This document shows positions 50,449 to 61,193 of a DNA stretch of 64,000 nt, one piece after another. Position 1 is the stretch's first letter, and every line of letters begins with the position of its first letter. Location of the stretch: positions 1,248,001 through 1,312,000 of the forward strand of contig CAVYGB010000002.1 in the NCBI GenBank assembly GCA_963767925.1, given 5' to 3'. Origin of the DNA: an uncultured delta proteobacterium (lineage in GTDB: Bacteria; Myxococcota_A; Polyangia; Fen-1088). The notes beneath the pieces are model-generated. The model was not told where the DNA came from. It was given only the letters and a program-made list of their open reading frames with translations, and did no database searches. The position numbers and the translations under genes were made by a program.

Positions 50449-51345
50449 TCATTCGATCACCTCGGTGGGGGCCGGCGGGGGCGGCGGTCCTCCGTCAGCC
50501 GCCAGGGCGTTGGCCAGGGCGGCCAGGTCCTCGATCGACAGCTCCTCGCCGCGACGGGTGCCGTCGACGCCGGCGGCCCGCAGAGCCGCCTGCAGGCGGG
50601 GCGCGCCGAAGGAAGGCTCGAGCGCCCGGCGCAACATCTTGCGGCGGCCGCCGAAGGCCGCGCGCACCACTTCCGCGAACACCGCCGGCGACTGCATGGG
50701 GGCCCGCGGTTGCGCGCGCGGGACCAGGCGGAACACGGTGGACGCGACGGTGGGGGGCGGGAGGAAGGACCCCGCCCCCACGTGGAACAGCAAGCTCACC
50801 TCGGCGAGCTGCTGCACCATCACCGAGAGGCGGCCGTAGATCTTGCCCCCGGGCGGGGCGGTGATCCGCTCGGCCACCTCCCGCTGGACCATGAAGACCG
50901 CGCGGGCAATGGCCGCGCCGCTGGCCGCCGCCTCGAGCACATGGAACAGCAACGGCGTCGTGATCTGGTAGGGCAGGTTCCCCACCACCACCAGCGGGCG
51001 CCCGGCCCGCGCGGCGGCGCCGGCGAGGTCGAAGGTGAGCGCGTCGGCCAGCGTGACCTCGACGCCGGGGTGGTCACCGAGCTCCGCCCGCAGCACCCCC
51101 ACCAGGTCGGGGTCGCGCTCGACCGCGACGACCCGCCCGGCGGGAACGGCGGCGGCCAGGCCGCGGGTCAGCGCCCCCAGCCCCGCGCCGATCTCGACCA
51201 CCACGTCGGACGGGTCGAGCTGGGCGGCCTGCACGATCCGCTCGGCCGCGCGGCGATCGGAGAGAAAGTTCTGCCCCCAGCTCTTCTTGGGGCGCAGCCC
51301 GTGGCGCGCGAGCAGGGCCCCAGCCCCGGGAGCCTCTCCCGTCAT
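50449..51345 (-). CDS. rsmA: 16S rRNA m6,2A1518/1519 dimethyltransferase
   Basis: KKSWGQNFL, VEIGAGLGALT, VGNLPYQITTP, MVQREVAER, YGRLSV, RRKML. Confidence 0.96.
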   Translation of the reverse strand: MTGEAPGAGALLARHGLRPKKSWGQNFLSDRRAAERIVQAAQLDPSDVVVEIGAGLGALTRGLAAAVPAGRVVAVERDPDLVGVLRAELGDHPGVEVTLADALTFDLAGAAARAGRPLVVVGNLPYQITTPLLFHVLEAAASGAAIARAVFMVQREVAERITAPPGGKIYGRLSVMVQQLAEVSLLFHVGAGSFLPPPTVASTVFRLVPRAQPRAPMQSPAVFAEVVRAAFGGRRKMLRRALEPSFGAPRLQAALRAAGVDGTRRGEELSIEDLAALANALAADGGPPPPPAPTEVIE

Positions 51346-51445
51346 CGCCGCCGCGGCGAACGCCGCCTGCCAGCCATCACAACCCGCAGCCCCCGATGGA
51401 CCGCCCGCACCGGCCAGCCCGGCCGCCCCGTTTCCATCCCCGCCG

Positions 51446-52492
51446 TCACAGCGGCAACCCCGGGTCGACCGCCAGCTCGAGCGAGGCGTGGCGGCCCAGG
51501 CGCAGCAGCTCCGTCCCGGCCGCGGCGATCATGGCGGCGTTGTCGGTGCACAGCCGCGGCGGCGGGATGTGCAGCGCGAACCCGTCCTCCCGGGCAGCCG
51601 CCGCCAGCCCCGCCCGCAACCCGCGGTTCGCCGCCACGCCGCCACACACAACCAGGGCCCCCAGCCCCTGGAGCTGGAGCGCCCGGCGCGACTTGCGGAC
51701 CAGCACGTCCACCACCGCCGCCTGGAAGCTCGCACAGACGTCGGCGAGCGCCGGCCCCTCGGGCGCGGGTCGCTCGCGCAGGAAGGTCGCCAGCGCCGTC
51801 TTGAGCCCGGAGAAGGAGAAGTCGAGATCGTCGCGGCGGGCGAGCGCGCGGGGAAAGTCGTGGGCCTGCGCGTTCCCGGTCGCGGCCAGCCGATCGATGG
51901 CGACGCCGCCCGGATACCCGAGCCCGAGCAGCTTGGCCACCTTGTCGAAGGCCTCGCCGGCCGCGTCGTCGCGGGTGGCCCCGAGCAGGCGGACGTCGAC
52001 CGGCCCGCCGCAGCGGAGCAACATGGTGTGCCCGCCCGACACGAGCAGGGCGACGTGGGGATAAGGCGGCGGCCCGCCTGGCGCCCCGCCGTCCCCCGGC
52101 CCTCCCACCCGGACGTGCCCCTCCGCCTCGATGAAGGCCGCCGCCAGGTGCCCCGCCAGGTGGTTCACGCCGACCACCGGCTTGCCGAGCGCGTACCCGA
52201 GCGACTTGGCCACCTCGACCCCCACCAGCAACGCCCCCACCAGCCCCGGCCCGGAGGTCACCGCCAGCCCGTCGAGGTCCGCCAGCTTCACGCCCGCCCG
52301 CGCCACCGCCTCCCGCACCACCGGGACCACCGTCGCCAGGTGCTGCCGAGACGCCACCTCCGGCACCACCCCCCCGTACTGCGCATGCACCAGCACCTGC
52401 GACGCGACGACATCCGACCGCACCCGCCGCCCATCCTCGAGGACCGCAGCCCCCGTCTCATCACAAGACGTCTCAATCCCGAGCACCAACAT
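51446..52492 (-). CDS. tsaD: tRNA t6A37 threonylcarbamoyltransferase
   Basis: MLVLGIETSCDETG, GGVVPEVASRQH, GPGL, VNHLAGH, LLVSGGHT, DDAAGEAFDK, FSFSGLKT, TDNAAMIA. Confidence 0.97.
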   Translation of the reverse strand: MLVLGIETSCDETGAAVLEDGRRVRSDVVASQVLVHAQYGGVVPEVASRQHLATVVPVVREAVARAGVKLADLDGLAVTSGPGLVGALLVGVEVAKSLGYALGKPVVGVNHLAGHLAAAFIEAEGHVRVGGPGDGGAPGGPPPYPHVALLVSGGHTMLLRCGGPVDVRLLGATRDDAAGEAFDKVAKLLGLGYPGGVAIDRLAATGNAQAHDFPRALARRDDLDFSFSGLKTALATFLRERPAPEGPALADVCASFQAAVVDVLVRKSRRALQLQGLGALVVCGGVAANRGLRAGLAAAAREDGFALHIPPPRLCTDNAAMIAAAGTELLRLGRHASLELAVDPGLPL

Positions 52493-52808
52493 CTGGGCCG
52501 GCCAATCTTCCTCATCCGCCGCCCCGACGCCAGCGGGATGGTTGGGGGGCGTCGTTACCAGGAGGCCGGACGGTGCCGGAGTAGGCCGCCTGCCGGACAG
52601 CCCCCGACGAGCCGGGTCGCGGGCGGCGCCCGGTCGGCCAAAGGCACCGCTTCCCTGCTTCGCCTTTCCAATGCTACGGCCCGGGCGGACCGGCCACGGT
52701 ACGGCACGACCTCGGAGCCCCACCCGCTCCGCTCGCTGCCCTCGTGAACCGGGTTTGCGGTGCCGGGGTAGGCGCAACGCTGTGCGCAGGCAACCCCCTG
52801 CCCGTTTG

Positions 52809-52859
52809 CCCTCTCCCCGCGGGCGTGTGCGGCCGTGGGGAGAGGGCACGGGGGAGGGG
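52809..52859. repeat. Single REP-like hairpin related to the MITE arms
   Basis: CCCTCTCCCCGCGG...CCGTGGGGAGAGGG..GGGGGAGGGG, downstream of the DUF4388 gene. Confidence 0.6.
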
Positions 52860-52914
52860 AGGTAGCCGACCCGAGCGCCCCCGTCTCGCGGACAGGAGCG
52901 CCGACCGCGGGGAT

Positions 52915-54831
52915 TCAGTTGCGGCCGAGGATCGCGGTGATGTCGGCGGCGTAGGCGCCGCGGGGGGCGAGCTGCAGGTAGCGGCGGTAGCTGGCCCGCG
53001 CCGCGCGCCGGTGGCCCGCCTTGTCGGCGGCGAACCCGAGGAGGGCGTGCGGGTCGGGCAGGGTGGGGTCGAGGTCGACCGCCCTCCGGGCCCACTTCCC
53101 CGCGAGGTCGAAGTGTCCCTGGTCGAGCTCGGCGCGGGCGAGGATCGAAGCGATGGTCGCCGAGTCGGGCAAGGCGAGGAAGGCGCGCGTGCAGACCTCC
53201 ACTGTCCGCGGCGGCCGGTCCAGCGCATGGGCATCGCGACAGGCGTGCACCGCCGAGGGGGTCCGCTCGGGGTAGAGAGACTCGTCGGACGGGAATCCCC
53301 CGCGCGAAGCGGACGGTGCGGGTGCGCCGACCCCGGCGGGCCGGCCAAACGCCGGGGCCGGCCGGGCAGAACCCCACGGGACGCCCGGGTCGGTCGGATC
53401 CGCCGCAGCCAGGTCCCCGCCAGCGGCGGAGGGGCTGGTCGAGTACCGGTCGCCTCCGGAGCGGCTCGACCCCCGGGCGAAGGTCGGGTCCCTCCCGTCG
53501 GGGCCGGTGACGCTCGAGGCGCGCATCTCCCCGCCGGCTGTCGATCGCCCCGAACCCGGACGGACGTTGGGGTCGGTCGAAGGCAGGCCTGCGGCGCTCG
53601 GGCCGCTCGAATACGGGTCGGTGGCATCGTCTCGGGGGTTGGCCCCGGTCGAGCCGGTCGGGTCGTAGCCGTCCGCCGCGGGGCGGGTCGGATCCTGCCC
53701 GGCGGCCGCGCCGGCCCGCTCGAGAGCTCCGACCGGGGCAGAGGTCCGCACAGGCCGGGCCTGGTCCCCGGTCGGCGCGGCTCCGGTCGGCAGCAGGAAG
53801 AGGAGGGCGACGAGGACCGCGGCCACCCCGGCGCCGAGGATCGCGATTCGGAGGTTCCGACGCCGGACCTGCGCCTCCGGGGCCGCCGGCGCGCTCGGGC
53901 GGGGAAACGCCGGCGCCCATCCGAGCGCTGTGCTGCCGGTGCCCCGGTTGTCCTGGATGGTGCCCGACAGGACCGCGCCCCGGCGCTCGACCCCTGGCTC
54001 GCGCGCGGCCGCCACCCGGGTCGGTGACGGCGGCGACGACCGGCGGCGCACCCCTTCCAGCACGAGCGCGCGCGGCGAGGAGCCGACAACATCCCGCCGC
54101 GCGACCGGCCCCCAGGTGACGACGAAGGTCCCCTCCCGGAAGGCGAGCAGCCGGGCGATCGCTTCGCGCCCGGTCAAGCTACCCAGCTCGGCGTCGACCG
54201 CGCTCCCCTCACGGAAGTAGATGATGCCTTCCGTGCCGTCCTCGTTCGCGAGGCGGATAGTACCAGAGCGTCTATTTAATTCAACAGACCGCAAGACGTC
54301 GCCGACCGCGATCTCGCCCAGGCTGCCCTCGAGAGAGGGCCGCGTCGGCACCGCTGTCGAGGCCAGCTCCGCCTGGAGCTGCCGCTGCAGGAGCAGCCGC
54401 GCACGTGCAACGAGCTCGCGCGACCAGACCGGCCGGACGAGCAGGTCGTCCACCGCGACATCGATCGCCTGCGCCCGCGCCGCCAGGGTCCCTCCGTTCG
54501 CCAGCAGCAGCAGCGGCAGCCGCCGCCCGTCGTCATTGCCGCGCGGGCTTTGCGGAGCCCCCGTCGCCCCGAGCTGCCGCCCCACCTCCGCCGCGAACCC
54601 CGAGATCAGGTCCGCGTCCGCAATCAGCAAGTCGACCGGCCGCCGCGCCAGCGCCGCCAGCGCCTCCCCTTCGCTCCCCGCCGGGAGCACCTCGAAGCCC
54701 GCCTCCAGCAGCGCCACCTCGAGCGGCAACCGCGCAGCGGCGTCCGCGTCCGCCAGCACCACGACCGGCCTCCCGTTCCCTCTGCCCGCGTCGTCCATCG
54801 ACAGCTCCGGCCCGACGATCCTATCGGCCAT
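52915..54831 (-). CDS. Atypical REC, DUF4388 (PatA-N-like), TM and C-terminal TPR protein
   Basis: Degenerate receiver (VVLADAD, DLLIAD, LLVRP); LEGSLGEIAVGDVLRSVELNRRSGTI...IYFREG.AVDA (DUF4388-like); TM IAILGAGVAAVLVALLFLL; TPR ending YRRYLQLAPRG. Start uncertain. Confidence 0.8.
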   Translation of the reverse strand: MADRIVGPELSMDDAGRGNGRPVVVLADADAAARLPLEVALLEAGFEVLPAGSEGEALAALARRPVDLLIADADLISGFAAEVGRQLGATGAPQSPRGNDDGRRLPLLLLANGGTLAARAQAIDVAVDDLLVRPVWSRELVARARLLLQRQLQAELASTAVPTRPSLEGSLGEIAVGDVLRSVELNRRSGTIRLANEDGTEGIIYFREGSAVDAELGSLTGREAIARLLAFREGTFVVTWGPVARRDVVGSSPRALVLEGVRRRSSPPSPTRVAAAREPGVERRGAVLSGTIQDNRGTGSTALGWAPAFPRPSAPAAPEAQVRRRNLRIAILGAGVAAVLVALLFLLPTGAAPTGDQARPVRTSAPVGALERAGAAAGQDPTRPAADGYDPTGSTGANPRDDATDPYSSGPSAAGLPSTDPNVRPGSGRSTAGGEMRASSVTGPDGRDPTFARGSSRSGGDRYSTSPSAAGGDLAAADPTDPGVPWGSARPAPAFGRPAGVGAPAPSASRGGFPSDESLYPERTPSAVHACRDAHALDRPPRTVEVCTRAFLALPDSATIASILARAELDQGHFDLAGKWARRAVDLDPTLPDPHALLGFAADKAGHRRAARASYRRYLQLAPRGAYAADITAILGRN

Positions 54832-55734
54832 TTCCCCCATTTGAAGAGCCCACCCCCAGGCCCCGCTCTTCCGGCTCACGCGCCCCGCGTCCCCCAGCAG
54901 CCCCGGGTCCGCATCGACTCGCACCGGCCAGCAGACTCGTGTCTTCTCTCAGCACCCGAGCCGCCCAGCCAAGCGTGGCGTCCCGCCCCGGCGATCTCAC
55001 TCCGGCTATGTGTTTCGTCGTTCGGCGAGGCGTCGTCACACCCCGCAGCCGGCGCCTGGCCAGGCCTGGCTCGGTCGCACCCGGGCGCCCGCTCCCGCCG
55101 GCTGAGCTGACGCGTGAGGCCAGGTTGGTGGTCCGACGACACCCAGTCTGCGGCGGAGCTGTTGTCAGGTTCCTCCGCTGCGCACGCCGGCGAGTGACCG
55201 CTCGGAGCGAATCCGCGCCCGGTCCGGAGGGTCAGGCACCTGGACCCGTCCTCCTGTGACGGCCCGTCATGCCAGAGGCGCCTCGAGGCATGGGGGGCGG
55301 GGCGCCATGCCTTCCGGGGGCGAGCGGCGACCGACCATCTCGAACCAGCCAGCCGAAGGAGGTGGTCGGTGGTGGCCCTGGGGGCGGTGCCGCGGAGCAG
55401 GGGCGCCGGGACCTCGTGGCCAGTGGAAGGGGGTGGAGGTCGGACGGGGCATCGGGCGGAGCGGCTGGTTCGGCCGAACGTCGGGACGGGCAGGCCGGCG
55501 GCCGCCAGCCCGGCCCGCCCGGGCCCGAAGGGGAACTGGCGGACACTGTCTGACTGGGTCTGTCTGGCTTCGGAAAGGGGGGCCAGAGAGAAGCGGGCGG
55601 TCGCGGTGCGGCCGGAGTCGGCCTTGGGACCCGGCCTGGCCCGTGCTCCACCCGGGGGTATCGGAGGCCTCGCGGACGAGGGGGACCCGTGGCCTCTCGC
55701 GGATCCTACCCCCTGTCGGCACTATACTAGCGCG

Positions 55735-56355
55735 GTGCAAGACAAGGACGCGCAGGGCGCCATCGCGGAGGTCGGCGAGCGCCTCGGGAGACCCGTCACG
55801 GAGGGGGAGAGCCGGAGCGTCCTCCGCTTCTTCGAGCTGCTCCTGGTATGGAACCGGAGCATCAACCTCACCGGGGCGCGGGCGGTCGACACCCTCATCG
55901 CCGAACACCTCCCCGACTCCCTGGCCCTCACCCGCCTCGTCCCGGCCGGCCACACCCTGCTGGACGTGGGCGCGGGCGGCGGCCTCCCCGCCATCCCCTT
56001 TGGCCTCCTGCGCCCGGACGTCCCCCTCACCCTGCTCGAACCCAGGACCCGCCGCGCCGCCTTCCTGCGAACCGCCCTCCGTGAGCTCAAGCTCTCCGCC
56101 CAGGTCGACACCCGGCGACTGGAGCAGGTCGAGACCCGCTTCGACGTCCTCTCCGCCCGAGCCGTCCTCCCCCCCGACCCCTGGGTCACCGCCGCCTCGA
56201 CCCGCCTCAACCCCGAGGGCCGCATCATCGTCTACCTCACCGACCCCCTCGACTGGCGCCCCCCACCCCCCTTCCAGGTCGCCGCCTCCATCCCTTACAA
56301 GGCCGCCCACCACAACCGCCTCGCCCTCGCCCTGGCTGTTCCACGTGGAACATGA
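55735..56355 (+). CDS. rsmG: 16S rRNA m7G527 methyltransferase
   Basis: WNRSINLT, HLPDSL, LDVGAGGGLPAIP, LLEPRTRRAAFL, SARAV; GTG start 6 nt after TATACT (55723-55728). Confidence 0.9.
   Translation: MQDKDAQGAIAEVGERLGRPVTEGESRSVLRFFELLLVWNRSINLTGARAVDTLIAEHLPDSLALTRLVPAGHTLLDVGAGGGLPAIPFGLLRPDVPLTLLEPRTRRAAFLRTALRELKLSAQVDTRRLEQVETRFDVLSARAVLPPDPWVTAASTRLNPEGRIIVYLTDPLDWRPPPPFQVAASIPYKAAHHNRLALALAVPRGT
56337..56352. promoter_or_regulatory. parS: parS site (ParB-binding centromere)
   Basis: TGTTCCACGTGGAACA, a perfect 16-bp palindrome matching the parS consensus. Confidence 0.92.
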
Positions 56356-58187
56356 CCCGCCTCTGGTGAGACGGGGGTTCGCGATTTCTGCCGGGAGGCC
56401 TCTGCCGCCTGCCGCATACGCCCATCTTTCACCCCTCCCCCCTCGACGCCTACGACCCGGTCCACCCCCGCAGTCAGACGCCGCCCCTCCCCCTCGTCTT
56501 CCTGTCGCCTTCGGACGCCCCCGTCCCACCGACTCGAACCCTGGGGTCCGCGCCCGCGTACCTCGGTCCCCCGGCACCCCCGCCCGCGAGGCGTTCCCTC
56601 GCCCTCTCCCGGTTACCCCCAGCTCCGGCCCCCTCCCTCCCTCTCGGCTCACCTCCCCTGGGGCCGGGCCGCACCCCCGGACTCCTGCTTCTCCACCGAC
56701 CTCCAGGCCGGGATCGGAACGCCCCCGCCCCACTCTGGACCCCACGCATGACCTTGATCGGTCCGCCGGCGTCCCGGCAGCCGGCGGGATCCCCCTCCTG
56801 CTCTGACCCCCGCGCCGGAGCCGCCAGGTCTTGAGCCCCACGCTCCGGCCCCCGGCCCCCCGCCCCCAGCGCTCCCCTCCTCCACCGGGGTCTTCGACAC
56901 CCCCCACACGACCCTCGGGCCGCTTTTCGACCGCCCGGGGTGGGTCCTGGCGCCCCCGCCCGGAGCGGGCGACCCTCCGGTCCCTCTGACCCCGCACCCA
57001 CACCCCCTCCGTCCCTCAAGGACCCAGCCGCCCGGCCACCGTCTCCACCGGCCGGGACGGTCCGCGCCTGGTCGTTGACGCCCCACCATCGACGCGAGGC
57101 TCGAACGCCCCCAACCGCCGGCCCCTCCCTGAACCCGGAGCGCCCAGAGCGCCGCGCGGGACCGCCAACGACACCAGGCCTCGGACCCGCCCCGGACCCC
57201 CCGGCTCCGACCCAGCCCGCTCGCGGCCTGGCCCCAGGGCCGCCCAGGCCGTCCGCCCCTCGCGGCGTGGTCCGCCCCCCGCTCCGCTTGCCCAGCTGCC
57301 CTCCCCGCCGGGACCCGGACGCAAGACCGAGCGCGGGCCGCGTCCGCTGACGCCTTTCCATCCATCCCCCGGGTTCCAGCGCCCCCCACCCGCCGGCCCC
57401 CGGCCCGAGCCAGGACCGCCCGGAGGGCCGCGGAGGGACCGCCTACGACACCGTGCCTCGCACCCGGCCCGGGCCCCTCCCGGTCCGACCCGGCTCGCTC
57501 GCGGCCTGACCCGAAGCCGCCAAGCCCTCCGCCCCCCAACTGCGTTGTTCGCCCCCGCTCCACCTGGTCCGATGCCCAGTTCCTCCGGGAACTCGGTACC
57601 CGGTGCACGGATCCCGTTCGGGGTCCGTGCAGCGGGTACGGAACTCGGACGCGCCGCCACGCGCACCCTACCCGGGCAAAGGAGGAGCCCCCCCGTCCGA
57701 CGCCAAGCCCCCTCTTGCCAGGCTGCGCTACCAAGCCCGTTCACCGGCAGCTCCCCTGGCCTCGCCGCTGCCGGTCCCCCGCGTCTCCCCGCGGTACCCC
57801 CGGACGCCCCCCCCGGGCGGCCCAGGGGTCCGGCCGCCGCCACCCGGGCACTGACCCCCTTCCACCTCGCCGCACGGCACCTCCGCCCAATAGCGAGCCG
57901 GGTGGCCCCCGGCTCTGACCGGAACGGTGACCTTCCTCCCCGACCGGGCGGCGTCCCCCGCCTGCTCGGACGCCGACCAGACCGACGCCCACTCTCAACT
58001 GCTCCAGGCTCCCGACTGCGCCCTTCCTCTTCGGGCCACCTCCCCGACTGAAGCGCCCACCTTGCGGTCCCGCCGGCCGTCTCGGGCTCCCTGCTTCCGC
58101 TCGCCCTTTCCCGCCGGGCCCGAGGTCAGTCGGGACGCCGGACCCCGCTCTACGGGGTCGATGCTCCGCCACTTTCCTCTCCGCAGA

Positions 58188-58203
58188 TGTTCCACGTGGA
58201 ACG
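58188..58203. promoter_or_regulatory. parS: parS site
   Basis: TGTTCCACGTGGAACG, 15/16 match to the consensus. Confidence 0.9.
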
Positions 58204-59418
58204 ATGCGATCGCGTATCGTGGGCCCAGTGTTGCCCTCCTTCTCCGAGGCCCTGGCCCACGAGCTGGCCGGGCTGGCGGCGCGGGACCGCCTCCGCCGCT
58301 GTCCGCCACTCGAGGCTCAGCCCGGCCCGCCCAGCCGAACGCACGCAGCCCTCCAGGGGCGTTCGGTCGTCAGCTTCTGCTCGAACGACTACCTCGGACT
58401 CGCCTGCCACCCCGGGCTGATCGAGGCGGCCTCCGTCACGGCTTCCCTCACCGGCTTCGGGGCAGCCTCCGCGCGCCTGGTCTCCGGCGACCTCCCGGAG
58501 CACCGCTCGCTCGAACAAGCCGCCGCCAGCTTTGTCGGCCTCCCCTCCGCCCTCGCCTTCCCCACTGGCTACCAGACCAACCTGGGCGTCCTCGCCACCC
58601 TGGCCAACGGCAGCGACCTCATCGTCTCCGACGCGGCCAACCATGCCAGCATCATCGATGGCTGCCGGCTCTCCCGCGCCTCCGTCCGGGTCTACCCGCA
58701 CCTGGACGTCACCGCTGCGCGCTCCGCCCTGACCGAGCGCGCCTCCACCTACCGCCGGCGCATCCTCGTCACCGAATCGCTCTTCAGCATGGACGGCGAC
58801 GTCGCCCCGCTGGCCGACCTGGCCGAGCTGGCCCGCGCCACCGACTCCATCCTGGTCGTGGATGAAGCCCACGCTGTGGGCGCCCTCGGTCCCTCCGGCC
58901 GGGGAATGTGCGCAGCCGCCGGCGTGACACCCGACGCCCTCATCGGCACCTTCGGAAAGGCCTTCGGCTGCTTCGGCGCCTTCGCCGCCGGCGCGCCCGA
59001 GCTGACCGCCATCCTCCAGAACCGCGCCCGCACTTTCATGTTCACGACCGCGCCCCCGCCCGCGCTCGCCGCCGCCGCCACCGCCGCCATCGGCATCGTG
59101 CTCGGGCCCGAGGGCGACCGCCGGCGGGCCACCTTGCGCCGACACATCCGCTGGCTCGAGGAGCGACTCTCCACCCGCACCCGCGCCCCCGTGCGCCTCC
59201 ACCCCACGCCGATCATCCCCGTCGTCCTCGGCGATGACAGCCGCGCCCTCGCCGCCAGCCGGGCCTTGCTCGAGCGGGGCATCTTCCTCCAGCCCATCCG
59301 GCCGCCCACCGTCCCCGAAGGGACCGCCCGCCTGCGCGTCACCCTCTCCGCCGACCACACCCCCGAGGAAGTCGCGGCGCTGGGCGACGCCCTCGCCGAG
59401 CTGCTCGCCGGAACGTGA
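58204..59418 (+). CDS. bioF: 8-amino-7-oxononanoate synthase (start may be 58219 or 58228)
   Basis: [61 protein letters not shown]. Confidence 0.95.
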   Translation: MRSRIVGPVLPSFSEALAHELAGLAARDRLRRCPPLEAQPGPPSRTHAALQGRSVVSFCSNDYLGLACHPGLIEAASVTASLTGFGAASARLVSGDLPEHRSLEQAAASFVGLPSALAFPTGYQTNLGVLATLANGSDLIVSDAANHASIIDGCRLSRASVRVYPHLDVTAARSALTERASTYRRRILVTESLFSMDGDVAPLADLAELARATDSILVVDEAHAVGALGPSGRGMCAAAGVTPDALIGTFGKAFGCFGAFAAGAPELTAILQNRARTFMFTTAPPPALAAAATAAIGIVLGPEGDRRRATLRRHIRWLEERLSTRTRAPVRLHPTPIIPVVLGDDSRALAASRALLERGIFLQPIRPPTVPEGTARLRVTLSADHTPEEVAALGDALAELLAGT

Positions 59419-60095
59419 AACCCGGGCTGTTCGTCACCGGCACCGACACGGGCGTCGGCAAGACCGTCGTGAGCGGCGGCCTCCTCCGCCTGCTCGCCCG
59501 CGCCGGCCGCAACCCGGTTCCCTTCAAGCCCGTCGAGACCGGCTGCGGCCGCGGGAGACCTGCCGACGCCCGCGCCCTCCGCGCCGCCGCTCGGCGCCCC
59601 GACATCGATCTTTCCGCCGTATGCCCCATTACCTTTCCTGCGCCGGTCGCCCCGGCCGCCGCCGCCGCGAGCAAGGGTACCGTCCTCCGCCCCGCTGACT
59701 TCCGCGCCGCCTACCGCCGCCTCCTCCCCCTCGGCACCTGCATCGTCGTCGAAGGCGCCGGCGGCCTCCTCTCTCCCTACGGACCGCGCTTCACCGGCGC
59801 CGACCTCGCCCGCCTCCTCGGCCTGCCCGTCCTCCTCATCGCCCGCAACGCCCTCGGCACGATCAACCACACCGCCCTCGCCCTCGCCGAGATCCGCCGG
59901 CGCCAGCTTCCGCTCGCCGGCTACCTCCTCGTCACGACCCAGCCCACCCGCGGCCTCGCCCTGCAGCGAAACGCCGAGCTCCTCACGACCCTCACGGGCC
60001 TTCCTCCCCTCGCCGTCCTCCCTCACCTCCCCGACCCCACCCCCGACCGCGTCGCCGACCAGCTCGCCCGCCTCCTCCCCCGCCCCCTCCTCTGA
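59415..60095 (+). CDS. bioD: Dethiobiotin synthase
   Basis: FVTGTDTGVGKT, FKPVETG, VEGAGGLLSP, LGTINHT; GTGA overlap with bioF. Confidence 0.95.
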   Translation: MKPGLFVTGTDTGVGKTVVSGGLLRLLARAGRNPVPFKPVETGCGRGRPADARALRAAARRPDIDLSAVCPITFPAPVAPAAAAASKGTVLRPADFRAAYRRLLPLGTCIVVEGAGGLLSPYGPRFTGADLARLLGLPVLLIARNALGTINHTALALAEIRRRQLPLAGYLLVTTQPTRGLALQRNAELLTTLTGLPPLAVLPHLPDPTPDRVADQLARLLPRPLL

Positions 60096-61193
60096 TCCAC
60101 CGGTCGACCGCGCCGCCTGTCTCCGCTGCCGACCTCCGATCCGCCGCGAGCCCACCCGCTCCGTGCCATGCCTCCCGACCGCCGCCCTGGGCACCGTTCA
60201 CATGCCGACCCGGACCGCCTCCGCACCAGCGGTGCGCGCGCCAGCGAGTAGCGCGACTATCTGATCCCCGTTTCCCCGGCGCCGCCCACCCTGCGACCGC
60301 CCGACGCCACTCGCCCGGCTCGCCTGGACGCCGATCGGGATCGTCCCAGCCAACGTGCGTGCACTCCCTGGTGGCGTGGCTACCGAGCCTTCCGCGCGCG
60401 CCCCCGAGCGCCGACCGTGGAACCCCTCCAAACCAAAGTCCGCACGCGCAGAGCCGCGACCAGTGACGACTCTCCGAGCCGACCAGACTGCTCGCTGGGT
60501 TCGCCCCCAGCGCCTGCGAGACGACCAAATCGGTCGACGGCAAACGCCCTCGCCAGCGCGCCCGTACCGGGTCCTCTACGCGTGACATTCCGACGCCCGT
60601 CACGCTCGCCCCAGCCGTCCACCGCGACCGCGCACACGACCACCTCGCCACCCGGACGGGCGCGGACCACCGAGGACGCCCCTACATCCTTGTAGCGACG
60701 ATTGCGGGCAACCCGGCCGCTGTCGGGCTGGACGTCGGCTGCGGTAACCGCCGTCTGCTCGAGCCCGCCCGCCCCCGCCGGTCAGCGCCTCGAAGCCTCG
60801 CGCTCCCGCACGAGCACCGGTCCTGGCCGTCGCCCCGTTCCACACGCAACCCTGCCCGACGGCTCAGGGGACCGAGCGGCCCCACCAGGCGGCCACCTCC
60901 CGGTCCGCGTCCCGCCTCCACCAAATCAGCGCGAAAAGCCCACTGCCAGACCCCCCTCGAAGCGGACTACCGCCGAGGCCCTCCCCACGCTGGACGGACG
61001 CCTCCGCACCCTCCTACCCGCGCCGCCTTGGTCGAGCACCCGCCTGGGTTTCGCGCCGATCCCGCGCCTGGGAGAGCGCTGGCCCGCAGCGATCGTCCGC
61101 GGGACCGCTTCACCTGACAACCGCCGCCGGCCCACGGAGACCACACCCATCACCCCTCCAGATCGGAACACCCGCCCCTTCGGGCGGCGCCGA

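Noticed and set aside
50774..50789. Additional parS-like sequences (in rsmA, and CGTTCCACACGCAACC at 60836-60851)
   Set aside because: Four to five mismatches and not palindromic; the rsmA one is explained by codons LFHVG.
51446..53920. 824-aa TsaD with a long N-terminal extension
   Set aside because: The canonical MLVLGIETSCD start is at 52492; the upstream part overlaps the DUF4388 gene out of frame.
55256..58172. Pro/Arg/Gly-rich ORFs around rsmG and between the parS sites
   Set aside because: No motifs or codon periodicity; consistent with stop-poor C-rich non-coding DNA.
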